Assembly (NCBI GenBank): GCA_951406725.2
Contig: OX597814.1
Location: 61,380,001-61,444,000 of the forward strand
DNA length: 64,000 nt
Reading direction: 5' to 3'
From: Octopus vulgaris
Taxonomy: Eukaryota
Every line of letters starts with the position of its first letter. The stretch's first letter is position 1. Positions 1 to 11,279 of the stretch are shown here, piece by piece. The translations under genes were made by a program, and so were the position numbers. The notes below the pieces were generated by a model. That model saw nothing but the letters and a program-made list of their open reading frames with translations, searched no databases and was not told the DNA's origin.

Positions 1-74
1 CAGAGTGAGACAAATAGACAGATAGAGAGAGGTAGATAGACAGTTATAAGAAGCAACACACACACACACATGCA

Positions 75-149
75 TACACTCAAGTAATCATGAGTTTAAG
101 TACATTCAAGTAATCATGAGTTTAAGTACACTCAAGTAATCATGAGTTT
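75..149. repeat. 26-bp minisatellite, ~3 copies
   Basis: TACA(C/T)TCAAGTAATCATGAGTTTAAG at 75, 101 and 127. Confidence 0.9.
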
Positions 150-454
150 GTGGCTTCTAAAAACATTCAACATTGGCAATCTGGAAGTGATCTCTCATAG
201 CAAATTATGTTTTTTGATGATTACTAATAACCAGAAACCTTCTCCTTGGGACTCAGATTTTGAAAATCAAATCCGTTTTTGTTTGGGACACATTGTTTCA
301 GAACCTTTTGGTGACACACATATATACATATACACAAACATTCTTGTTTATATAGTAGATGACACTACAATAACTATTTTCAAAACATGAATATTGTATA
401 ATCTATTGTATGACTCTGGCACTTGAACATTATAATCAAAATTTGTTCAAAAGT

Positions 455-1860
455 TGGAATATTTTAAGCAAATGGTGAAATATTGCGACGAAATTTGTCA
501 TACAGAAAATGAAGGGTGTGCAACTAAAGTAGTAGGATTAGAAAGACAATGCATAAGAGCAGCATGGAAGAAAGAGAGCAAAGGAAGCTATGGTGGAGCA
601 TACTGTGGAAATTGGAGCCAGCTAGGTTGTATTTTTTTCAAAGAGCAGTGTATGATATGCTTCCATCCTTAGGATTAGATGATTGGGTGGAGTGACATTG
701 ATTATCATCAGCATGGAGATAATGCGTAATTAGTGTGTGTTCTGGTAGCTTACTAGTCAGTCCCAGCAGAATATGCTTGGTGGCATAACCAAGACTTGAG
801 TCCCCTTGTCAAGCAGTAAAACAACAATGCACCAGTATCAGCCTGGCTCTCTGTCAGTTATGGCAATGAGGGTTCCAGATGATTCAATCAACAGAACGGC
901 CTGCGCATGAAATTAACATGAAAGTGGCTGAGCACTCCACAGACATGTGTACCATTAATGTAATTCTCAGGGAGAGTCAGTATGACTGTGTGTGACAAGG
1001 CTGGCCTTTTTGAATTACAGGTATAACTCATTTTTTCCAGCTGAGTGGATTGGAGTAATGAGAAATAAAGTGCCTTGCTCAAGGACACAATGCACTGCCA
1101 GGAATTGAACTCACAATCTTACAATTGTGAGCCAAATACCCTAAATGCTAAGTCACATGCCTTCACAACAATGCAACTCAATATTAAGTTGCACCTTCCA
1201 CTCAGGTCAACTTTACCTTTCGTCCTTTCAGAGCTCAATAAAATAAGTGCCAGTTGATCATTGGATTGATGTAATCGACTTACCCATCACCCCAAATTGG
1301 TGGTCTTGTGCCAAAAATTTAAAACCAATATTAAGTTACACCTTGATGCTTTCCAAAAGGATAGCAAGACAGGACAATGCAAGAACATAAAAAAAAAAAA
1401 GAAATTTGAAATCCAGATTTCTGAATAGTAGTAATAACTGAAAAGTGCCAGAGGATTTGAAGGAAATGCTAGTATAACTAATATATTCTAATAATGAAGC
1501 AGCATACTGACATTATGGGATGATATGACTTGTGAATTGACAAAAGATATCCTGATTGTTGAGTTACTAAGTACACTGGAAGGCGATGTGAAAGTGGGCT
1601 CACAAAAGGAAGAGCCTAAAATATGAAGAACTTAGGGAATTGCATGTGGCATGAGAATAGCAATGTATAGTACTTCCTGTAAAAGTGGTATGTTGTAGTT
1701 TTGTAGCTAAATGTACAATGTCCTGTTTGATTAATATTGGATTTCAGAAGGGTGGCAGAGCAGTTTATTCTATGAATTGGAGATAGAAGCAGAAGCTGCT
1801 TTCTCATGAATGTAGCAGAGGCATATGAATGGAAGACCAAAGAGCTAAGAAAGCAGAGGT
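455..1860 (+). mobile_element. Degenerate HERO/NeSL-like non-LTR retrotransposon 3' fossil, interrupted by SINEs
   Basis: Frameshifted remnants resembling RKLWW..LW, RAVYDMLPS, YxWxHNQ, ILIVEL..., KRKSLKYEEL and LPVKVVCCSFVA (cf. FPVEVGCRGFV), typical of restriction-like-endonuclease elements. Confidence 0.55.
860..1165 (-). mobile_element. tRNA-derived SINE family C (related copies 19425-19710 +, 9300-9440 -, 44070-44200 -)
   Basis: Reverse complement has a tRNA-like head, a CCTTGAGCAAG core-like block and CCAATCCACTCAGCTG; closely matches 19425-19710. Confidence 0.7.
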
Positions 1861-2976
1861 AAGTAAAAGGAAGAGCAATGCTAAGAAAAAACTTCAGTAA
1901 ATAGCAAAGTATGTTTGAAGAGGTTACAGTTACACCATCTTATGTAGTAGCTGCATGGATGATGGAGGGATGAAGCATGATACAGTGTAGGTCAAAAGAA
2001 CCTGAACACTAATGTAGCTCAGTACCACTGGAAGGAACAAAAATGCTAGAAAGTGCCAAAATCATTATGATTTCCAATCAACAGCTGATGAATAGAGAAT
2101 GCTGCAATGCAAACTGTATGTTAGTAAGTTTTGTTTCTAATTTGGGCACAAGGCCAGCACATTTTGAGAGGAGGCTTTTTAGTTGATATTATCGAACTCA
2201 TTACTTGAGTGATATTTTATTTTTACTCAGCTACGGTGTTATATTAGCTATCAATAATGATATTCCCTCTGATTTTTCTGATTTTCAAACCTATTTATCT
2301 AATGTTTATTTATCGACAATGCCGTCCCCAGTCAAATTCCCTCACACCGCTTATTGTCACGTGTCCCTTGACCTCTCTCTCTCTATGTCCCCCCTTCCCA
2401 TAACCATCATCGCCATGGTTCTCTATGCCCCCCCCCCCTTCCCAAAACCATCATCGCCATACATAAAAGAGCGATCGCATTTATCGTTAACCCCACTCGC
2501 TTCAAAATATCTAAAGAATACGCACAGATCATGAATGGCTAAAAGTTAAGTGAATCGTCCAACCTCGCTACGACTACCTTCTTTCTTGCACTTATTCCTA
2601 TTCTTCAATTTCCATCTCATTGTATTGTCCCTCATTCTTTCAGTATTCCCTCATTACCCTGTCTAGCTCAAACATTTTTTTTTTTCGTTTAGACTTGTCT
2701 CCAGGTTCATAGCCACTCTGATTTTTCAATTTTTTGTTTAGTATTGTCTCCCGATTCATACAAACCCATTGCTAGCTCATACGATTAACAGAACCTCTTT
2801 ACTCAGCTACGGTGCACCCGCCCTCCCACCCCCACCACGCATGCCGGAAGTTCCTATTCTCTGCCATTCCGGGGTTGCTTCCCATGAAGACTGCAAATGC
2901 TCTCACCATCCCTACCCCTAGTCTCGACCTATGTAAGGTAATGTTCATACAGTGCAAAATATGAAAGGCTAGCGTT

Positions 2977-4137
2977 ATGCAGGTTGTACTGAAGGCTACT
3001 TTACTACTTCATTTCTTGCACATGAATTCTGCCAAATGCGAGCTTTCTTTTCAGGTACACGAAGCTACTGTCCACCGTCCCAGGGTCTCTAGAGCCCATG
3101 CCTTCCACACCCTCAGGGTTGGCACCCTCAACGTTGGCACTCTGAAAGGTAGGTCTGGTGAGATAGTCGAGATGCTTGAACGGAGATGTGTGGATATATG
3201 TTGCATGCAAGAAATAAGGTGGAGAGGAGGTTCAGCTAGGTTCCTCACAGGCAAGGAACGCAGGTACAAGATTTTCTGGGCAGGGAACACTGACGGGGTT
3301 GGTGGCGTGGGTATACTTATCGCTGAGAAATGGGTAGATAAAGTAATTGAGGTAATCAGAGTATGTGACAGAATACTTAAGATTAGATTAGTGCTTCATC
3401 ATAGTTTAGCAACCATTATATCAGCCTATGCTCCTCAGTCGGGGCTACCCGATGGACAGAAAGACCGATTCTATGACACTCTACTGCAGACTACCTCATT
3501 GACGAACGACAGAGACCTTATCTTTGTGGCTGATGACTTCAATGGTCACGTTGGACGACATGCTGGGGGCTTCCATGGCGTACATGGAGGCTATGGCTAT
3601 GGCTCCCGCAACGAGGAGGGAACCAGGCTGCTGGAGTTCTGCGATGCAAATAATCTTATGATTTGCAACACTAACTTCAGGAAACCTACCAGCCACCTAG
3701 TCACTTACCAATCGGGCCAACATACCAGCCAAATTGACTACATCCTTACAAGGCAAAGGGAGAGATGGCTGCTTATAAATGCCAAAACCTTCCCAGGTGA
3801 AGAATGTACCCCACAACATAGACTGGTAGTTAGTGACTTTAGGATCAGGACTAGGAGGACAACCAGAAGACGACAAATATGGAGAAGAAGGATCTGGAAG
3901 CTTAAAGATCCTGCAAATGGACAGAGATTTAGGGACATATTACTTGAAGCCTCTGACGAAGTAGAAGGGGATAGAGCATCACAGGGGGTAGAAGACAGCT
4001 GGACGTTTCTAAGGGACAACCTGCTGAGAGCCACTGACCAGATCTGTGGCTGGTGCAAAGTCCCCTCTCGACCTAGAATAACGTGGTGGTGGAACAATAT
4101 TGTAGACAGGGCTATTAGAGAAAAGAGACAGGCTTGA
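2977..4137 (+). pseudogene. RTE ORF, APE endonuclease part
   Basis: GTLNV, DICCMQEIRW, GVGILI, SAYAP, DDFNGH (GDFN mutated), QIDYIL, PQHRLV motifs; stop at the deletion junction. Confidence 0.9.
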
Positions 4138-4173
4138 AAGCAACTAATTAGAGAGAGAGTTAGTTTAGATGAG

Positions 4174-5508
4174 ATGCAGTTTGGGTTTGTGCCAGGGAAA
4201 AGTACTACTGATGCTATATTCCTGGTAAGGCAGCTGCAGGAGAAATACCTAGCCAAAGATAAGCCCCTGTACCTGGCTTTTGTTGACATGGAGAAAGCCT
4301 TCGACAGGGTCCCCCGATCCCTTATCTGGTGGGCAATGAGAAAACTAGGGATAGATGAATGGTTAGTGAGAGCTGTGCGGGCCATGTATAGGGACGCCGC
4401 TAGTAGGGTGAGGGTTGGAAATGAGTACAGTGAAGAATTCCGGGTAGAGGTAGGGGTCCACCAAGGCTCAGTACTCAGCCCCCTCCTATTTATCATAGTC
4501 CTCCAGGCAATAACGGAGGAATTCAAGACAGGATGCCCTTGGGAGCTCCTCTATGCTGATGACCTTGCTCTAATTGCTGAGTCGCTATCAGAACTGGAGG
4601 AGAAGTTTCAGGTGTGGAAACAAGGATTAGAATCGAAGGGCCTCAGAGTCAATCTAGCTAAAACCAAAGTCGTAATCAGTAGGAAGGTAGACAAATCACA
4701 AACACCTTCAGGTAGATGGCCCTGCTCGATCTGTAGAAAAGGTGTAGGTAGAAACTCTATAAGATGCACCAAGTGTAAGCTATGGACACATAAGAGATGC
4801 AGCAATGTCAAAGGAAGGCTAACTAGGAAGATGGTTTTTGTATGTGGCAGATGCTCAGGAACAATAAACACTGAAAATGCTCTGAGACCAACTTCCGTCA
4901 CTTTCCAGGGAGAAAAACTAGAAATAGTTGATAGTTTCCGTTACCTAGGTGACCAAGTCAGCAGCGGGGGCGGGTGTGCTGAAAGTGTAACTGCTAGAGT
5001 AAGAATAGCTTGGGCAAAGTTCAGAGAGCTCTTACCTCTGCTGGTGACAAAAGGCCTCTCGCACAGAGTGAAAGGCAGACTGTATGATGCGTGTGTACGA
5101 ACAGCCATGCTACATGGCAGTGAAACATGGGCCGTGACTGCTGAGGATATGCGTAAGCTCGCTAGAAATGAAGCCAGTATGCTCCGATGGATGTGTAATG
5201 CCGGTACTCACACTCGGCAGAGTGTAAGTACCTTGAGAGAAAAGCTGGACCTAAGAAGCATCAGTTGTGGTGTGCAGGAGAGACGTTTGCGCTGGTATGG
5301 TCATGTGGCGAGAATGGATGAAGATAGTTGTGTGAAAAAGTGCCACACCCTAGCGGTTGAGGGAACCTGTGGAAGAGGCAGACCCAGGAAAACCTGGGAC
5401 GAGGTGGTGAAGCACGACCTTCGAACTTTAGGTCTCACTGAGGAAATGACTAGAGACCGAGACCTCTGGAAGTGTGCTGTGCGCGAGAAGACCCGGCAGG
5501 ACAAGTGA
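4174..5508 (+). pseudogene. RTE ORF, reverse transcriptase part with inserted C4HC3 finger
   Basis: QFGF, AFVDMEKAFD, GVHQGSVLSPLLF, LYADD, FRYLG, RLRWYGHV, RGRPRKTW; RT N-terminus missing. Confidence 0.92.
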
Positions 5509-6077
5509 GTCCACAACCCGTAGCCTTCTACATGGGATGAAGCCAGCCTACGTATGCATACCTTCCATTCTTGGGACACAAAACTCTACTTGTGAAGACG
5601 TGTTGAGGCAAGTGAGGATCAGAATCGAAATCGATCAATGGAAATTGCGGATGTGCTACCAGTGCCGGTGGCATGTCGAAACTCTGCTTGTGAAGACCCA
5701 TTGAGGCAAGTGAGGATCAGAATCGAAATCGATCAATGGAAATTGCAGATGTGTTACCAGTGCCGGTGGCATGTAAGAGAACTTTCCGTTTCGCGACCGT
5801 TGCCAGCCCCACCTGGCGCTCGTGCCGGTGGCACATAAAAAGCACCATCCGTTCGTGGCCGTTTGCCAGCTCTGTCTGGCACCAGTGCGGGTGGCACGTA
5901 AAAAGCACCCACTACACTCATGGAGTGGTTGGCGTTAGGAAGGGCATCCAGCCGTAGAAACACTGCCAGATTTGACTGGGCCTGATGAAGCCTTCTGGCT
6001 TCACAGACCCCAGTAGAACCGTCCAACCCATGCTAGCATGGAAAACGGACGCTAAATGATGATGATGATGATGATGA

Positions 6078-7305
6078 CTGACACCAGAGGGATGGGAGGG
6101 AAAGTTGACTTTGACAGGATTTGGACTTGGAATGTAAAGATGGATGAAATGCTGCTAAGCATTTTATCTGAAATGCTAATGATTTTACCAGCTTGTTGCC
6201 TTAGTTTCAAATTATGGTAGAAAGCTAGCAAATTTAGTGGGAGAGGATGAGTTGATTATATTGATCCCAATACTTGACTGGTACTTGTTTTAAGAATGAA
6301 ATGAAAAGTCAGTCTCAGCAGCACTCGAACTCAGAATGTAAAGTCAGAAGAAATGCCACTAAGCATTTTGTCCAGCATGTTACCTATACTGTCAGGTCAA
6401 AGTCTCAATGATCATAACAATCCTTTTTACTATAGGCACAAAGCCTGAAATTTTGGGGCAGGGGTTTAGTTGATTACATCTACCCCAGTACTCAACTGGT
6501 ATTTAATTTATTGACCCCAAAAGGATGAAAGGTAAAGTTGACCTCAGCAGAATTTGAACTCAGAACATAGCGATGGGCAAAATACTGCTAAGTGTTCTAA
6601 CAATTCTACCAGCTTGCCGAATCCTTTCTACTATAGGCACAAGACCTGAAATATGGCAGTGAGGGGCTAATCGATTACATCAGCCACAGTGTTTCACTGA
6701 TATTTATCAACCTCAAAAGGATGAAAAGTAAAGTCAACTTCAGCTGAATTTGAACTCAGAATATAGCAACGGGTGAAATACTGCTAAGCATTTCACCCTG
6801 CATGCTAACAATTCTGCCAGCTTGCCACCTTATAATAATAATCCTTTCTACTATAGGCACAAGGCCTGAAATTTGGTGGGGACGGTACTAGTCAATTACT
6901 TTGACCCTAGAGTTTCACTGGGACTTAATTTATCGACCCCTGTGTTTCACTGGTATTTATCAACCCTAAAAGGATGAAAAGCAAACTTAACCGTGGCAGA
7001 ATTTGAACTCAGAATGTAGTAACGAGTGAAGTACTGCTAAGCATTTCGCCCAGCATGCTAGCGGTTTTGTCAGTCTGCCATCTTATAATAATGGTAATAA
7101 TGATCCTTTCTGAAATTTTGGTGGGAGAGGACTAGTCAATTACACCAACCCCAGTGCATAACTGGTACTAATTTTATCAACCCCAAAAAGGATAAAAGGC
7201 AATGTCGACCTTGGCAGAATTTGAACTCGGAATGTGAAGACAGATGAAATACTGCCAAGCATTTCACCCAGTGTACCCATAATTCTGCCAGCTCGCCACC
7301 TTATC
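6078..7305 (-). mobile_element. Head-to-tail cluster of ~6 tRNA-derived SINEs (family A, Meta/MESC-like central domain)
   Basis: ~200-bp units; minus strand shows A-box-like TGGCAGAAT, B-box GAGTTCAAAT and a GCCTTTCATCCTTT..AGTACCAG domain. Confidence 0.8.
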
Positions 7306-7422
7306 TAATAATAATGATAATATCTAGTGAACGATATTTCGAGATCTTGTGTGTCTTAAACTGGTTCAAAAAATAAATTTTGACTCTATATCTTCAGGAG
7401 GAGTTACCTCAATCCTTTATAT

Positions 7423-7558
7423 ATTAATAATAATAATGATGATAATAATAATAATGATAATAATAATAATAAGAATAATAAGAATAATAATAATAATAAG
7501 AAGAAGAAGAAGAAGAAGAAGAGAAAGAAGAAGAAGAACAACAACAACAACAACAATA
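7423..7558. repeat. Compound trinucleotide microsatellite (AAT)n(AAG)n(AAC)n
   Basis: Directly visible. Confidence 0.95.
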
Positions 7559-7559
7559 A

Positions 7560-8372
7560 ATGCCCTGATGCAGCACCAGGCAGTGGCTCTCATGGCTTCT
7601 GATCTTAACTGATTGGAAGTGTTATCATGTACATGTTTTGTCTTGGTATAAAAGATGGGCTACAGTAAATATTCTGCTCAATACCACAGATTTGCTTGTC
7701 AGTTGTTTGACCTTAACCAGCTGACCATGTCCTTTAGTGGCTGACGATATGTGCATCTCTGACCATGAGCAGAAGTAGTGAGGGGCATCATAGCCGTGTG
7801 CTGAAAGGAATTCTTGGAGGTTTGGATAATTCACCTTCGGAAACATGGGTGGTTCATTCAACATTCTTAAACAATCCTTATTCAGGGACCTTTTGAGTGG
7901 GATGGCCTACTCAACCAGAAGAAAATTCTAACTGGGCCACAGATTTGTTTGTCAGTTGTTTGACCTTAGCCACTTGAGCATGTCCCTTAGTGGCTTATGA
8001 TATGTGCATCTCTATTCATCATCAGCAGTAATGGGGGAGGATCATAGCTATGTGTTGAGAGGAATTCTTTGTGGTTTGAATAATTCACCTCTGGAAACAT
8101 GTTTCCAGAGGTGAATTATTCTTAAACAACCCTTATTCAGCAACCTTTTGAACAAGATGGGCTACTTGACATGAAGAAAATTCTAACTGGGCCCCCACCT
8201 GCAAGGTCATGTGCTGTTCATCTTGATATAAGATCACCATGTCACGCACATTTAGTTGTGATGCATGTGCCTGGTGTACCCTTATCAGACGGGTAGTCAG
8301 ATGGGCAAACTGGGCTTCATATAGTTTACCCTAGTGTCACTTTGATGGCATGCACTTCTCTCTCACTCAATA
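7560..8372. repeat. Unclassified interspersed repeat with ~253-bp internal tandem duplication
   Basis: 7684-7938 repeats at 7937-8193; flanked by trinucleotide tracts; no recognisable ORF. Confidence 0.65.
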
Positions 8373-8399
8373 ATGATGATGATGATGATTTTTTTAAAA

Positions 8400-9075
8400 A
8401 TTTTAATAATAACCTTTTCTTTTATTCCCACATGGGAAATGGATAAGGGAATATTACAGAAACAGGGTACAAAAAGAAAAAAAATCAGATGAATGAGAAG
8501 AAATTGTTATGGTATACAAATATGCGATAGAGCTCTCTTCATCCAAAGAAGAGAACTGCCATTTAGAGCTCATCAAGGAACCCCAGAGGTTCAGGATTAT
8601 ACTGACAATGAAGGATAAGTGCTTCTTTCTAAAGATGCATGTCAGAGTAGGCTCATTCACTTAGGCCAGCAAACCCTAGAGTGAGATTTTGGGGATTAGA
8701 AAGACAGTAGACAAATTTTCATGTTTAATTAAATTAAGAATGATGTTAAGCTTAATCAACATCATAGTGAAGAAGGAAGAATTAAATGAGTGTTAACTCT
8801 TTTGTATTCATATTAATAAAGTGGGGAAGACAAAAAAAATTTCTAGTAATTTTTTGAGTGAAGGGGCCAGATATTTGTCAGTTTGAGAACTGTTACCTCA
8901 AGGCATACACACTTCTCACCCACTTTTCAACTAATTCACTAGAGGACAGCATCTTCCTCTCCATTTTACCCTTCTTCTCCAAGTGGAACTTGAAAAAGTC
9001 AATGAAGGCTTGACCAAAGAGGAAAGTATCCCTCTTTTTGATCATGTCCACTATATCAGTAGACCTCAACCTTTT
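8400..9075 (-). mobile_element. Probable L1/Tx1-like LINE 3' fragment
   Basis: Minus-strand peptide FIDFFKFHLEKKGKMERKMLSSSELVEKW resembles Tx1-type ORF2 C-termini; weak similarity recalled from memory. Confidence 0.35.
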
Positions 9076-9992
9076 CTTTTTATCACAGACTAGTTTTATG
9101 CATGACAAAACAATAAAGTGCATAGATGTACTTTAATTATTACATATTTGATACATACATATCAGCTTCAAATTTTGACACAAGGCCAGCAATTTTGGGG
9201 GAGGGCACAAGATGATTACATTGACCCCAGTGTTTGACTGGTACTTATTTTATCAACCTCAGAAAGACGAAAGGCAAAGGCTGATACAGCTTAGCATCAA
9301 TGACATTACAACTCATTTCTACAGATGAGTGAACTGGAGCAATGTGAAATAAAGTGTCTTGCTCAAAAACACAACACACAACCCAGTCCAGGAATCGAAC
9401 TCACTACCTCATGATTGTGAGCCCACCTTCATATAAGACCATGCAGACTGCAATAGTCAATAAAATAAAATCTAAGGATTTATTTTTTCTGTACAGCCTG
9501 GTACTGGTCTACAACTCAGTGGAGATCCCTGCACAATGCAGTGTCTTAATTATAAACACCAGATAGAGAGAAAAACTGTCTACTTACTCCATCAGAGGAA
9601 GGTGGTGGGGCAATCTTCATGTAGGCAGTTAGCAGATGTCTTACTCATAACACTAGCTGCTCTACAGTAAAAGAACTCCTCTAATCACCAAAACTCGGAC
9701 ACTAAACAAATGCATTCAGAAGTTTCATAGTTCCACACACATCTCAGACAGACCTGGCTGATGGCATTTCTATTGTCTGTAGAGTTTATCACATACATAT
9801 AGACACACATATACATAGAGGACAGTTGCACATGAACCCAAGTAGCGCAATTATAGTTAATCAGAAATGTTTAATAACTGCTCACAGTGCACAAAAAAAC
9901 TCTCAACAGGTAAGTTAATATTATGACTTTATATCTATCTGAATTAGATGTACAAACCTTGATATATCACTATAAAAATATGAATATATTCA

Positions 9993-10420
9993 GGCAGGCA
10001 TGGCTGTGTGGTTAAAAAGCTCATTTGACAACCATGTGGTTTCAGGTTCAGTCCTACTGTGTAGCATCTTGAGTGTCTTCTCTTGTAGTACTGGTTCAAC
10101 CAACACCTTGTGAGTGAATTTGGTAGACAGAAACTGGGTGAAGCTTATATACATATATCACATACATATATGTGTGTGTGTGTGGGGGGGGTTGAATTGT
10201 TTGTCCCATCCACTCTTAGGTTAGTTATCCACATAACTAATCTAGCAGTTCAGCAAAAGAGATCAATAGAATAAACACATCATCATGTAACGTCTGTTTT
10301 CCATGCTGGTATGGCTTGGACGGTTTGACAGGAACTGGCCAGCCAGAGAGCTGAATAAGTACTGGGGTTGATTTGTTCAACTATACCCTTTATGGAACAA
10401 GTAAAAAATAAAAGATAAAC
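9993..10420 (+). mobile_element. tRNA/CORE-like SINE family B
   Basis: TGGCTGTGTGG A-box-like, GGTTCAGTCC B-box-like, TTTGGTAGAC.GAAACTG block, internal (TA/TG)n. Confidence 0.75.
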
Positions 10421-11279
10421 AGCAACATTATAGGCCCTTAGGTAAATCAGCACTGGGCCCTACAGTATTTATTTATTGACAGCAAGTCACAGCATACATA
10501 CGTTAAAATCGAGCTCCTAGACCCGTGAAGCCACCGGCAACTACCCAGTGTGTTCATTCCTTAAGACGGCACTGCTCACAAGACATCTAGATGTTTTGAT
10601 GACTTTTCACGTTTTCAGCTGCTGTTGAACTAAAAACAGTTACTTCTTTGTGCAGCTTTTGACAGGAATTCTTGGTACATAAATCGATCAGGAACGGACA
10701 AAAAAGAAAACAAATACTTCACATATCAACGAAAAATCATTACTGAATTAGAAAAGTAGTGAAAAATACCTTTAGAATGTTCTAGAGAGGGAAACAGAAG
10801 TTCGGGACTTTTTCCATACGTCAGGAATTGATAGACATACATGAACCTAGGCAGATCAATTTTATATTATCTAAGCGAAATATTTAATTAGTGCATAATG
10901 ACTCAATAAATGGAGGGTGCAACAATATATATATATAAATGTATAATTGAAAGCACGTTTAGGAAAAAAACTTTATATTCACTTTAAATTATCAAAATTG
11001 CACAATCTCTTGAAATATAGTGAACGCATACAAACTATATAAACAAGGTGTGAGAAGCAGGTAGAAAATTTAATTATAATACCAAACCAAATAATTAATT
11101 AACCTGCATGAATTAGTTTACTATCTTATATTTTGCTTTATTTTACTATCTAAACAAGTTGGTGAATGGATTTCTTTTTCTTTCTTCTCTTCATTAAATT
11201 TGCTAAGTAAATTAACATAATAATAATAGAAATAGGTGCAGCTTATGCGAAGAATCATGGAATAGAGGCTAAACTATCA

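Larger units (their letters stand above)
2222..6077 (+). mobile_element. RTE-clade LINE, young, internally deleted, (GAT)n tail
   Basis: APE endonuclease ORF plus RT ORF, structured 3' UTR ending in (GAT)n; splits a SINE whose halves lie at ~2140-2221 and ~6078-6203. Confidence 0.92.

Noticed and set aside
75-149. 26-bp repeats resembling a CRISPR array
   Set aside because: Contiguous copies with no spacers, eukaryotic context, no cas genes
3738-4526. 262-aa minus-strand ORF
   Set aside because: Antisense shadow of the RTE ORF with no independent motifs
6419-7305. tRNA genes suggested by A/B boxes
   Set aside because: Boxes belong to SINE heads; no cloverleaf or acceptor stem found
9580-9700. 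Possible minus-strand exon ending in GTAAGT
   Set aside because: No clear acceptor, nearby stops, no recognisable protein
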